This document shows, piece after piece, positions 1 through 12,164 of a stretch of 64,000 nt of DNA (positions are counted from its first letter, which is position 1; each line of letters opens with the position of its first letter). The DNA comes from a virus. Under the pieces are notes generated by a model, which worked only from the letters and a program-made list of their open reading frames with translations, was not told the origin of the DNA and did not search any database. Where the stretch lies: positions 15,094-79,093 of the IMG/VR virus record IMGVR_UViG_3300042197_004553. One strand, 5' to 3'. The translations under genes were made by a program, and so were the position numbers.

Positions 1-1206
1 CGTCGGCGCCGCCCGCGCGAGTTTTATTGACGTCAAAACCCGCTCCCGGAACTCTTGCGAAAACTGGTCCGGGTATTTGTTGAAGAACGTGTGCAGTTTG
101 TCGTGCGGCACGGTCAGCCGCTTGGCGAAATTTTCTGCGGCTATTTCGGGGGCGCCGACGAGCGCCGGCGCCAGCGCATCCTGCCATGTTTTGGCACCAG
201 CCCGAATGGCGGCGATGTCGACCATAGGCGGCTTGTGGCGAATAGCCGCGGTGGACACATAGCCTTTTGCCCGGCAGGCTCGGCTGATGAGTTCTGGCGA
301 CAGGGCCACACTGTGGAACACGCGGGTGGCCGGCGGCATGCCGCCCAGCACAGCCCCAAAACTTTCGGCTTCGGGGCCGCTGTAACTGGCCATGACAGGC
401 AGCGGCGTCGAGTGTTTAAGCAGGTGCTGGCACTGCGTCTTCAGCGCCCAGAGCGGACTGTCTGAGATAATTTGCGTGGTTTTCAGCACTGGATGCTCGG
501 GAGCCAGCGCGGTATTGAGTAAAAAATACCCGGCTTCGGGCAGCCGGTTTCGCGCGTTTGTCAGCGGAATGAACGATTGCCGCGCAGTATTAAACTCGCC
601 GTACTGGCGGACAAGGAAACCCGAGAGTCGGCCGGGAAGGTCGTAAAACGGAAAAACAATACTGGGTTCGCCGTCTGCGATGCGACGCGGTTTTTGCCGT
701 CCGGCGGCTTCGTACATTTTGTTAATTTGGTCTTGGTGCGCCACGCCGACCAGCCCGTAGTGCTCGCGGACTTCGTGCCGCAGGCCCAGTTCGCGCAGGC
801 AGCAGGCGACGACGTCGCTGTTGTGGTTCCAAATTTGCGCCCGGGCGTCTGCCCAGAACGCGTCAGCGGCGTCGTGGCAGCGGATACGGCGTTCGTAATC
901 GCCCAGTACGCGGTTGGCGTCGTTTTCGTTAAGCAACCCCCGATCGGCGAATTTCGTAAAAGCTTCCAGCAGGCTTATATTCCAGAAATAGGCCGCAAAC
1001 GTTATGATATCTCCATGGACGGAACAGGCATCGCATGACAGCCACGGGCCGTCGGTCAGGACATCGTCAAATATCCGCAACGCTTTTTGCTGGCATTTCG
1101 GACAAACCACTGTGGCGGGAAAATCGTGAGTTTCCGGGGCGACACCCACTGCCGACAGGGCCGCTAGAATATTGTGTCGGCGCACTAAACAGACAGGGAA
1201 TCCCAT
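1..1206 (-). CDS. DnaG-like primase-fold protein with N-terminal zinc ribbon (3' end outside window)
   Basis: Manually translated frame open from ATG 1206 to the window edge (absent from the ORF track because it has no stop): MGFPVCLV...CPKCQQ...WLSCDACSVHGDIITFAAYFWNISLLEAF (primase Zn-binding domain) and IVFPFYDLPGRLSGF (like DnaG RxxFPIxDxxGxxxGF). Confidence 0.6.
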   Translation of the reverse strand, partial: MGFPVCLVRRHNILAALSAVGVAPETHDFPATVVCPKCQQKALRIFDDVLTDGPWLSCDACSVHGDIITFAAYFWNISLLEAFTKFADRGLLNENDANRVLGDYERRIRCHDAADAFWADARAQIWNHNSDVVACCLRELGLRHEVREHYGLVGVAHQDQINKMYEAAGRQKPRRIADGEPSIVFPFYDLPGRLSGFLVRQYGEFNTARQSFIPLTNARNRLPEAGYFLLNTALAPEHPVLKTTQIISDSPLWALKTQCQHLLKHSTPLPVMASYSGPEAESFGAVLGGMPPATRVFHSVALSPELISRACRAKGYVSTAAIRHKPPMVDIAAIRAGAKTWQDALAPALVGAPEIAAENFAKRLTVPHDKLHTFFNKYPDQFSQEFRERVLTSIKLARAAPT

Positions 1207-2374
1207 GACAACACCGTTTGATCACACGCAGGACGTCAGTGGCCGTGAAACCCACCGTTTAATCACGTTGTTTTCTGCGCCCGATTTTGTAAAAGCTGCC
1301 TCGCACGAGCGCACGCACGGTGACGGAACCCTGCCGCGGCACATGTACGCCGATATGTACCATAAACTGTATCCATGTCATTCGGCGCCTGCAACATGGC
1401 TATCGGCGCTCTTCTTTGCCGACAAGCGGGCGGAGTTTGACGCCAAACGGGCTGCCGAAATTCAAGAACGTCTTCACGCCTCGGCCCGCTTTTTCGGTAT
1501 TTTAGGGGCCGTGCAGGAGATGGAAGAAAAAACGGCTCAGGCCAGCGCTGCCGATGTAAACAATTTGGCGGACGCCGATTTTGCCATTGTGTGGGAAAGC
1601 GCAGCCGGAAAAGAACGGCACTGGCCACTGCGGAACGCGGTGGAAGTAAAATTTGCAGCCGCCGGATTTGCCCAGTGGCGCGACGAGTTTGTCTTCAGTG
1701 ACCGGCAGAAGATTGCCGAGCGCATTCTGGAAAAGGCCGCCCATTACGGCGCCGACATTGGCGAGCAGGAGCATATGCTGGCTCTGACAGCCGGCCAAGG
1801 CGTCTGCGCGGCGAAGGTGGCCGGCGAGATGCTCCGTGCCCGCGCGACGCTGGTGGCCCGAACCAACGAGCCGGCCGCGGTGGAGATGCGCAAGTTAGCC
1901 GCGATTGTGGAGAGCAACCCAGAACAGGCCCGGACGCAAGACGTCCGGATTAAGATTGCGGCCGCCGTAGACGAGTTTGACCGGGCAAATCATCTCAACC
2001 GGTTGTACGACGCGGGCGGGCTGGAGCGCCCCGAAGAAGTGCTTTTTGCCGTCACGGAAAAGGCTGCCCGCGATTTCATGAGCCAGAACGTGGAAACAAC
2101 CACAGGAAATGTGTACGCCTTGGAAGACCTTGAGAAACTGGCCGTCGATGACGTGCGCAGTTGGCTCGGTGACGATTTTGCGGATGCGGTCACGGCGGGC
2201 GGCGTGTACCTCGATCGGGACAAGTTAGCGGCGATTGTGCCGACATTGGATCGCGGAATGGCGGCGGCCCTCGATCGGCTGATGCAGGAGAGCAAGATGG
2301 CGGCCGTCGTGCAGACGAAAGCGGCCGAGTCGCTGCTGCCGTTAGAAAAACTTTTCGCTCTTGCGGCTGAATAG
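1205..2374 (+). CDS. hypothetical protein, K-x-A rich (possible virion head protein)
   Basis: Long ORF followed by a terminator; many KxA motifs (VKAA, EKTA, EKAA, EKLA, SKMA) as in the head-module proteins; start placed at ATG 1205. Confidence 0.7.
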   Translation: MTTPFDHTQDVSGRETHRLITLFSAPDFVKAASHERTHGDGTLPRHMYADMYHKLYPCHSAPATWLSALFFADKRAEFDAKRAAEIQERLHASARFFGILGAVQEMEEKTAQASAADVNNLADADFAIVWESAAGKERHWPLRNAVEVKFAAAGFAQWRDEFVFSDRQKIAERILEKAAHYGADIGEQEHMLALTAGQGVCAAKVAGEMLRARATLVARTNEPAAVEMRKLAAIVESNPEQARTQDVRIKIAAAVDEFDRANHLNRLYDAGGLERPEEVLFAVTEKAARDFMSQNVETTTGNVYALEDLEKLAVDDVRSWLGDDFADAVTAGGVYLDRDKLAAIVPTLDRGMAAALDRLMQESKMAAVVQTKAAESLLPLEKLFALAAE

Positions 2375-2434
2375 TTGATTCGGTATAGTCCGCGGCTCAA
2401 GGATGATTTACGGCGAACCAAGGAGCGGCTCGCA

Positions 2435-2465
2435 GCACCCGGCAGGAGGCCGGGTGTTTTTTTTT
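2435..2465 (+). terminator. intrinsic terminator
   Basis: CACCCGGC-aggag-GCCGGGTG hairpin followed by a T run, just after the 1205-2374 gene. Confidence 0.8.
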
Positions 2466-2497
2466 CTTTCCGGTCGCTTTTTTGCGGACGATTTTTG

Positions 2498-2767
2498 TCA
2501 AAAAGGTGACTGAATTTCGTCACGCTTGTTGATCGGTTTTTGCGGCTCGGCGCCAAAGACGCGGGCCAATACGCGCCGCATAAAATTGGGTCCGGGCGTC
2601 GAAGGGATTGCGGCTGGGTCGATATTTTGCGAGGAGAGGCCGCCAGCGGGGTTTTCCGGGCTTTTTTGGCTCTCCAGGTATTCCATCCAGGCTTCGTATT
2701 CCTGCCGCTCGTAATACGATTCTGTGGGGATATAGGGGTCTTCAGGTAGCCGGTCGTTCCAGCCCAT
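2498..2767 (-). CDS. hypothetical protein
   Basis: 89-aa ORF overlapping the end of the csrA-like gene on the same strand. Confidence 0.5.
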   Translation of the reverse strand: MGWNDRLPEDPYIPTESYYERQEYEAWMEYLESQKSPENPAGGLSSQNIDPAAIPSTPGPNFMRRVLARVFGAEPQKPINKRDEIQSPF

Positions 2768-2945
2768 GGGGTTTTTTCTCTGGTTGTGTTAACAGTTCGC
2801 GGCGCATGACCGACACGTCTGGGGCTGCAGTGACTCCCAGCCTGACTTTGTCGCCCACGATGTCCACGACTTTAATCGTGATTACGCGGCCGTCAGGAAT
2901 TGTGATGACAATATCTTCGTTTTTCTTTCTCGACAGGACTAACAC
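2742..2945 (-). CDS. csrA: carbon storage regulator CsrA/RsmA family RNA-binding protein
   Basis: From GTG 2945: (M)LVLSRKKNEDIVI...ITIKVVDIVGDKVRLGVTAAPDVSVMRREL, matching the CsrA consensus MLxLxRxxxExxxI...VRxGxxAPxxVxxxRxE. Confidence 0.85.
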   Translation of the reverse strand: MLVLSRKKNEDIVITIPDGRVITIKVVDIVGDKVRLGVTAAPDVSVMRRELLTQPEKKPHGLERPAT

Positions 2946-2955
2946 AGGTGGCCTT

Positions 2956-3624
2956 TCAGCCGGCAGCGGTGTCGAGCATTTTTGCGATTTGTTCCGCAGA
3001 GCCGTTTTTGAGGTTGAGCGCCCGTAATTGGGCCGCCAGTAGTTTGGTTTGGAGCCGGATAGATGTTTCGATGTCCTGCCGTTTGCCCTCTTCCAGATCA
3101 TAGACAGCATTGAACATCTCGGGATCATCGGAAAAGTCTTGGATGGACGGGGAGACCCGGGCTTGCCGCAGGGCGATCCGCAGGATATCGGGCGGATTCA
3201 CTAGGCCCTCAGAATCCAATACGGCGCCGATATAGGCCCGTATTTCATCGCTGAAGGGCTCTGGATCGTCGTCCTCGGGCGGATAGATCAAAAGGGCCTC
3301 TGTGATACCCCAAGCCACCTCTTCGGCGTCAGCGGGGTCCCACATGTCCGGACGGTAGGTATCGCCGGACAGGATATTGCACAGGTTCACGAAATCCGGC
3401 AGGCTCCTGTAGAACCGGTCGGTCGTGAGTATCTGAATCGCCGCCATGAGTTTGTCGAGGGACAGTTGGGGCAATTCGACGTCGAACTCCTCTTCAATTT
3501 CCAGCGCGATCGTGGTCGGGTCCCATGTCAGGGCTTCCGTCCCAAACCGGTCCAGAAACATGGTCAGGAGAACCGACCCGAACGTTTCCCGGCTCTTCCA
3601 CGCTTCCTGCACGATGTTTGGCAT
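2956..3624 (-). CDS. hypothetical acidic protein
   Basis: 222-aa ORF with protein-like composition, 10 nt upstream of csrA. Confidence 0.7.
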   Translation of the reverse strand: MPNIVQEAWKSRETFGSVLLTMFLDRFGTEALTWDPTTIALEIEEEFDVELPQLSLDKLMAAIQILTTDRFYRSLPDFVNLCNILSGDTYRPDMWDPADAEEVAWGITEALLIYPPEDDDPEPFSDEIRAYIGAVLDSEGLVNPPDILRIALRQARVSPSIQDFSDDPEMFNAVYDLEEGKRQDIETSIRLQTKLLAAQLRALNLKNGSAEQIAKMLDTAAG

Positions 3625-4099
3625 GTAATCCGCTCCGTTTCTCGATATGCCGTCTGCCCCGTCGGTATAACTCGTTTAAATTGTACCCGATTGTCTCCAT
3701 GGCCGGATGGGGGAGTTCGGTGACCCATTCGCCCTGCTGGAGGTCGAGAAAGCCGGTCATACGGGTCCACGTGCAGAACTGGCTGTCGACGAAAACGAAC
3801 TGATTAAGTTGACTAAACAGTTGGGGGCCGGCGGATTCCAGCGTCGGCCAGAATTCCGCCAATAAGACGTTCCGCTGTTCGGGCTTTAAAAACGGCAGGC
3901 GCTCAACAAGGTCCGCGGTGAGCAGAAATAGGACCGCGGCGTCGGACAGCAGGATGGTTTCATCAGGGACCGGCTGGCGCAGAATACCTGAGAAAAGCGC
4001 GCGGATTTGCAACTTGCTCAACCGTATAAGCCCTGTTACCATGCCCAGAGTCAGGTGTGGTACGGCTTTTTCTTTAGCGGAGGATTCAATGGTTTCCAT
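3494..4099 (-). CDS. hypothetical protein
   Basis: Protein-like core of the 262-aa ORF; start uncertain (4099 or 4042). Confidence 0.55.
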   Translation of the reverse strand: METIESSAKEKAVPHLTLGMVTGLIRLSKLQIRALFSGILRQPVPDETILLSDAAVLFLLTADLVERLPFLKPEQRNVLLAEFWPTLESAGPQLFSQLNQFVFVDSQFCTWTRMTGFLDLQQGEWVTELPHPAMETIGYNLNELYRRGRRHIEKRSGLHAKHRAGSVEEPGNVRVGSPDHVSGPVWDGSPDMGPDHDRAGN

Positions 4100-4364
4100 T
4101 CTCGATGACCTTTCCAAGGTGACGACCGGCCGGGCTGAGTTCGTGGTGGCGTCTGAGAGTATCGAAGATTTGCTGGCGGCGTCTACGGCGAGTCTCGTGT
4201 TGCAGAAGGCCGCCGAACTGGGCTTTAATCGTCCGGGCGTCTCAACGTCGGGTGGGCCGTATCCGGTCGACGCTGACGGCAAGACCGACGATGAACTGCT
4301 CTTGGGCCGTCGTGGGCCGGTGACGGGCTACCGGCGCGACTTCATCGTGCTGGCGTCGATATAG
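4089..4364 (+). CDS. hypothetical protein
   Basis: GGAGG Shine-Dalgarno just before ATG 4089; 91 aa MVSILDDLSK... Confidence 0.6.
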   Translation: MVSILDDLSKVTTGRAEFVVASESIEDLLAASTASLVLQKAAELGFNRPGVSTSGGPYPVDADGKTDDELLLGRRGPVTGYRRDFIVLASI

Positions 4365-4834
4365 CCCTCGTCCGGGCCGAATGTTTCAAGGTGAGCCAAG
4401 CGCGCGGCATAAAACTCCGCCACGTGCTTGGCCACTTTTTTGAACCGGGCAAGCATCTGCGGCACGACCTGCTCGTTGAAGGCTTTTACGATCACTTTGC
4501 GCAGGTCGGCAATGGCGTCGGGGGTATATTTCGCCGCGGCACACTTTTCAGCCGCGGCCCGAACAGCCGGGTCTTGGTCCAGCACGACTTGGACGAATTT
4601 GGCGTTCACGAAATTGATGTCAAAACCGTACTGGTCGCGCAGGGCGTTCTCTTCTTCTATCTGGAAGATCGACGCGCCGGGCCAAACGTCGGTTTTGGTA
4701 GACGTTTCTGCCGGATAGCGCAATTTGTCGAGCGACCAGCCAAAGGCCGCGGCGTCGTCGTTGGGCTCCGGCATGACATACGGCGGTTTCTTGCCCTCGG
4801 GCTTCTTGTCGAGTGTTCGTTTGAGTTTGGCCAT
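4328..4834 (-). CDS. hypothetical protein
   Basis: Start moved to MAKLKRTLDKK (4834), downstream of the long hairpin. Confidence 0.65.
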   Translation of the reverse strand: MAKLKRTLDKKPEGKKPPYVMPEPNDDAAAFGWSLDKLRYPAETSTKTDVWPGASIFQIEEENALRDQYGFDINFVNAKFVQVVLDQDPAVRAAAEKCAAAKYTPDAIADLRKVIVKAFNEQVVPQMLARFKKVAKHVAEFYAARLAHLETFGPDEGYIDASTMKSRR

Positions 4835-4877
4835 AAATGCTTGATATCTAAGGAAAAGGGGAAAGGACAAGGCCACC

Positions 4878-4959
4878 CGTTCACGGCCACCCAGCCGGAA
4901 CGACAGCACAAGCACCGGATAGGTGCAGGTGTGTGTTCCGGCTGAGTAGCCGTTGAACG
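4878..4959 (-). other. long intergenic RNA hairpin
   Basis: On the minus strand CGGCUACUCAGCCGGAAC pairs with GUUCCGGCUGGGUGGCCG (18 bp including 2 G-U), with outer CGUUCA/UGAACG and inner GCACC/GGUGC stems. Confidence 0.6.
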
Positions 4960-4966
4960 TTTTATG

Positions 4967-5341
4967 TTACGCCAGACTCGCGCTGGTCGCGAGGTGGGCG
5001 TCCCGCAGGGCGATTTGCTCCGCGAAGGGGTTGCTGGGGCGCAGCGCCGAGAGGAGAGACTCGGTGGTCTCCTCGTCGCCCCGCTCCAGCGCCGCCATGT
5101 ACTCGTGGAACTGTATCGCCACGAGCCCCCGCCAATTGTCGGCGACTCTGGAGAGAATCTCTTTCTTCCAGTAGTTCACCCGGGCCCACTTGTCCTTGGG
5201 GTGCGCGGCCATCGCGTCTGCTTCTACTTCGCTGATCACGTAGTCGAAAAACTTGATGGCGTGCTCGGCCACGGGGACCGACACGGTGTCACGGTGAATC
5301 CGGCCAACAATCGCGGACTTGGTGTTCTCGACAGTCGACAT
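4967..5341 (-). CDS. hypothetical protein, first gene after the class A promoter motif
   Basis: 124-aa ORF with GAGG Shine-Dalgarno. Confidence 0.7.
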   Translation of the reverse strand: MSTVENTKSAIVGRIHRDTVSVPVAEHAIKFFDYVISEVEADAMAAHPKDKWARVNYWKKEILSRVADNWRGLVAIQFHEYMAALERGDEETTESLLSALRPSNPFAEQIALRDAHLATSASLA

Positions 5342-5398
5342 GGCAAACCTCGTAGGGTTAAAGGACGCACCGCCAACACCATGTTGGGGTACACCTTA

Positions 5399-5425
5399 TA
5401 TGCCGCGTTTTTGTCGAGAATTTAG
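5399..5425 (-). promoter_or_regulatory. putative phage promoter CTAAAT-N15-GGCATA (class A)
   Basis: Same hexamers and 15-nt spacer recur at 45323-45349; both copies are intergenic and upstream of accessory genes. Confidence 0.6.
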
Positions 5426-5429
5426 GCGG

Positions 5430-5729
5430 CTAAAAAGTCGCCGAGAGTGTCTGCCCGCTGCTGTTGGTGTAGACGATCTTGATCTGCTGCGTATTGAGCA
5501 GTTGCTTAATTTCTGTCTGCTTTTCACCGCTGAGTGCGACAAGGCAGGCTTTGATCTTGGCCAACTCTTCGCGCTGTTTGGCGACGCGCTTGCGCGCGCA
5601 AGACCCGCAGCCTCCCGCGCCGCCGGCGAAGAGATTCTTTTTGTTGGCAAAACAGGGGATCGCCTGCGCGTCGGGATTACCGAGCAATGACAGAATCGTA
5701 CTGTCTTCCAAAACTACTTGCTGCAGCAT
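5430..5729 (-). CDS. small hypothetical protein with CxxC
   Basis: GGAGG Shine-Dalgarno; GCGSC motif. Confidence 0.65.
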   Translation of the reverse strand: MLQQVVLEDSTILSLLGNPDAQAIPCFANKKNLFAGGAGGCGSCARKRVAKQREELAKIKACLVALSGEKQTEIKQLLNTQQIKIVYTNSSGQTLSATF

Positions 5730-5749
5730 TTGTGCCTCCGTGCTGTTAA

Positions 5750-6574
5750 TTATGCGGGGCCTGTCGGGCCTGTTGGGCCGGTGGGACCTGTCGGTCCGGT
5801 GGGGCCTGTCGGGCCTGTCGGGGGCGTACCGATCCAGACATCGCCACCAGGGAGCAACTCTGCCGTGATGTCCAGCGTGTTCTTCAGAATCTGTACGTCT
5901 TCCAGCACGCTGTTAATAAATTCCCGCGTCTCCTCGCGTGAGCGCAGTAAAACGTCAACGTAGTTCATCCGGAACCACGCCGGCCGGGAGTTTTCGATTG
6001 GCGCGTCTTCGGGATACTCTTCCAGGTCTACCGACGAGCACACGTGATCAAACGCCGCGACTTGCTCCATGCTGCCCGGTTTTAACGGCAGCATCTGGTA
6101 GGCAAAAACTTTAGTCGGCATCTGGTTTGCCGCGGTCGCCTCAATTCTGACGCGAATACCGTCGATGTCGTTGTAGTACTGCCGGCTGACGGCCCACTCG
6201 ATATGAATGTTTCTTGGTGTGGCCTGTAATTTTGGCGCCACAATGATGTCGCGGGAGAAAAAGGTGATCGACAGCGGCTCGGCAAACCACTCTGCGCCTG
6301 CGGGGTAAAGCAGCCGGGCGCGCACGAGCAATGACCCCGGCGCGGTAGCTTTTAAATATCCGATAGCGGCGCCTGTTGCATCCGTGAGGTCAGGCTGCGC
6401 GAGAATTACGTCGGGCCGGTCATCGACGACAAATTCAACACGCCGGCCGGTGAGCGGGGCGTTGGTCGTGTCCCGCAAACGTACTTTGATGGCGGCGGTG
6501 TCTTTTCCGTTCGCGACGACAAACGGACGGTTGCCGTGCAGCAGCCGAGAATGGGTGGGGCTAAAGTCAGCCAT
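5750..6574 (-). CDS. virion protein with Ig-like (Big-1-like) domain and C-terminal collagen-like (GPT)n tail
   Basis: ANGKDTAAIKVRLRDTTNAPLTGRRVEF...TDATGAA resembles invasin Big-1; ends in about 7 GPT triplets. Confidence 0.6.
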   Translation of the reverse strand: MADFSPTHSRLLHGNRPFVVANGKDTAAIKVRLRDTTNAPLTGRRVEFVVDDRPDVILAQPDLTDATGAAIGYLKATAPGSLLVRARLLYPAGAEWFAEPLSITFFSRDIIVAPKLQATPRNIHIEWAVSRQYYNDIDGIRVRIEATAANQMPTKVFAYQMLPLKPGSMEQVAAFDHVCSSVDLEEYPEDAPIENSRPAWFRMNYVDVLLRSREETREFINSVLEDVQILKNTLDITAELLPGGDVWIGTPPTGPTGPTGPTGPTGPTGPTGPA

Positions 6575-6578
6575 GGAA

Positions 6579-6971
6579 TTAACCTGTTTCGTTCAAGGTA
6601 GTATCGACAAAAATATCGTACGGCTGATTATAGACGATTGTTACCGCCAGATGGTCGACGGCCTCATCCGCACCTTTTTTGGCGACCGCGCGAATAAATT
6701 TGCGAATCAGCGTGTGGTCGGTTCGCGTTGCGCCGGCGAGCATGTCGAGCAATTTCGTGATACAGGGTCGCATCCATTCTGAAGAAACTCGGCATGAACA
6801 ACCTTTTTTTTTAGTTTCTGTTTTATAGTGTTCGCGGCAATGTTCGAAATCAGTTTGGAGCCCAACCAGTTCTGGTACGTGCGTAAAAAAGTCCGGGGCG
6901 AAGACATGTCGGGCCAGCGTGTCGGCGCCCATGGAAAACCGCCCGGTAATTGATCTAGGCTGTCGCCGCAT
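6579..6971 (-). CDS. hypothetical Cys-containing protein
   Basis: 130-aa ORF tightly packed in the operon; GCSC motif. Confidence 0.6.
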   Translation of the reverse strand: MRRQPRSITGRFSMGADTLARHVFAPDFFTHVPELVGLQTDFEHCREHYKTETKKKGCSCRVSSEWMRPCITKLLDMLAGATRTDHTLIRKFIRAVAKKGADEAVDHLAVTIVYNQPYDIFVDTTLNETG

Positions 6972-6984
6972 ACATCATCCCGAA

Positions 6985-10407
<3,423 letters not shown>

Positions 10408-11376
10408 CTACCCGCAATTGCCGGCAATGGCGTTTGTGGCTAGTTCCACGATGACGCTGTGCGTGAGTGGGTCGGTAGTGATATTTACACCCGTGCCGCC
10501 GACAAAAATCACGTTCGGGCCGCTCACGCCGTTGATGGTGGCGACAAGTTCGTCACACGCCGGTCCGCCGCTAAAGAATTTGCTGCGCACTTCCGGCGTG
10601 GTTTCCGTCGCGCCGAACAATACGGGTTTCGGCTCGTCGGGATAGAGCGGAACCTCGCTGCCATTAGCGCACAGGGCCGCGTCAGCTTGCTCGCCGCTAT
10701 TCCGGCCTGCCGTAAAACTGAGTTCGTTGGCAGCCGGGCGCTGGCGAATGATGGCGTTGTAGCCCTCTTTGAACCGGATGTCGCCGCTGAGGCAACGCTT
10801 ATTGACGATGACGCGCCGCGGAGGGTCGGCGTCCGGTGTGCAACTGGAACGGCTTTCCGCCCGGGAAAGGTTGCCGACTGTGATCGCCCGAAGATAGCCG
10901 CGGGTCAAACTTTGCACGCGCGCCGGTTCGAGCACGAAGACCGTCGCCGAACACGCGAGTGTGCCGACGCCGGGCAGGGCGGCGCGGAGGTCATCCATCG
11001 GCCCGGTTACTACAAACCCGCTCCACGCCGGTTCTGTCGCGCAACTGTTGCCGTCTTTGACATACGGCGGGGCTTCAACGTGTTCGACGAGCCACTCGTC
11101 TGCGCCAACCGGGCGACGAAACACAAGCGGCGCGGAGGCGCCGGGCGCGTCGGTCCGCAATTCAAATTCAAAGGCGTCGCCGGTCGTGCCGGAGACACGG
11201 CGGACGGCGTGCAACCACACAGTATGCGTTTTGGCGTCAAATTCGCTGTCGAGGCCCATGATGACGCCCGCGTCTACGATCGCCGAGTACGGCACGGCGC
11301 TGGTGGCCTGGGCCGGCGTAAACACGAATGGGTACGCGCGGTACTCGTTGTCGTTGTAAAATCCGGGGCGCGGCAT
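10408..11376 (-). CDS. baseplate/fibre-associated protein (YPF-TING paralog 5)
   Basis: NDNEYRAYPF N-terminus, VATINGVS C-terminus; position after the baseplate genes. Confidence 0.55.
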   Translation of the reverse strand: MPRPGFYNDNEYRAYPFVFTPAQATSAVPYSAIVDAGVIMGLDSEFDAKTHTVWLHAVRRVSGTTGDAFEFELRTDAPGASAPLVFRRPVGADEWLVEHVEAPPYVKDGNSCATEPAWSGFVVTGPMDDLRAALPGVGTLACSATVFVLEPARVQSLTRGYLRAITVGNLSRAESRSSCTPDADPPRRVIVNKRCLSGDIRFKEGYNAIIRQRPAANELSFTAGRNSGEQADAALCANGSEVPLYPDEPKPVLFGATETTPEVRSKFFSGGPACDELVATINGVSGPNVIFVGGTGVNITTDPLTHSVIVELATNAIAGNCG

Positions 11377-11378
11377 AG

Positions 11379-12164
11379 TTACACTACTTTTCTTCCAACA
11401 GCGTCAAAAAAGATTATGCCGTCACGCTGAGTGATCCGCAAAACAGTGTCATCGACCTCGTGCCCGGTTGCCGTGATTGTAAAATTGCCGTACGCATCAG
11501 GTGGGCAGCCGTTGATCGTGCGCACGAAGTTTTTGGGTTGAAAACGGTCGAACGGAGTGCAAACAAATCGCTGGAACAGGGGCACGCCGACCACGTCAAC
11601 GCGAATGACGTTCGCGCCCTGGACCACACCTTCGTGCCGCAAGACCACGCCGCCATCGCCGATGAGCCACACGTCGTCTGTGATTAACTGCCCGTCAAAC
11701 TGCAACGCCCGCACGCCCGGTTCGTTGGCGGGAATAATCGCGGTCGCTACAAACGTCGTAGCGGCGGGCGGAAACGCGTAGGTTCCGACAGACCACCCGG
11801 CAAACGTGGTGAGCCGATCAGCCGTGCTGACAAGGACGCCGGCTGGCCGCCCCAACATGTCTTGCACGTCCAGTGCGCCCGTCTGCGGGGCCTGCACCGG
11901 ATTCGGAACAAACGACGTGGTCGCGACGACCGTGCCGGTTTCATCACTGAAATTCAGGGTCACCAACCGCGTCGCCACCGTCACCGACGAAATGTAAATT
12001 TGCGCCCCGCCATTGATAACAAAAAACGAGGCGTCGATAAACGTGTCACGCAGGATGCGCGTGACGCCGTCGGTCGCCACGAGCGTTGCGGTGTCGACGA
12101 ACGGATAGCGCGAGTCGCCCTGCTCGTCGCGAAAGTCAGGAAAGAGAATACGGGTGCCGCTCAT
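11379..12164 (-). CDS. baseplate/fibre-associated protein (YPF-TING paralog 4)
   Basis: DEQGDSRYPF; VRTINGCPPDAYGN. Confidence 0.55.
   Translation of the reverse strand: MSGTRILFPDFRDEQGDSRYPFVDTATLVATDGVTRILRDTFIDASFFVINGGAQIYISSVTVATRLVTLNFSDETGTVVATTSFVPNPVQAPQTGALDVQDMLGRPAGVLVSTADRLTTFAGWSVGTYAFPPAATTFVATAIIPANEPGVRALQFDGQLITDDVWLIGDGGVVLRHEGVVQGANVIRVDVVGVPLFQRFVCTPFDRFQPKNFVRTINGCPPDAYGNFTITATGHEVDDTVLRITQRDGIIFFDAVGRKVV

Noticed and set aside
950-970. Apparent frameshift in the primase-like gene
   Set aside because: Recounting the A run at 958-961 shows the frame is continuous (EAFTKFADRG)
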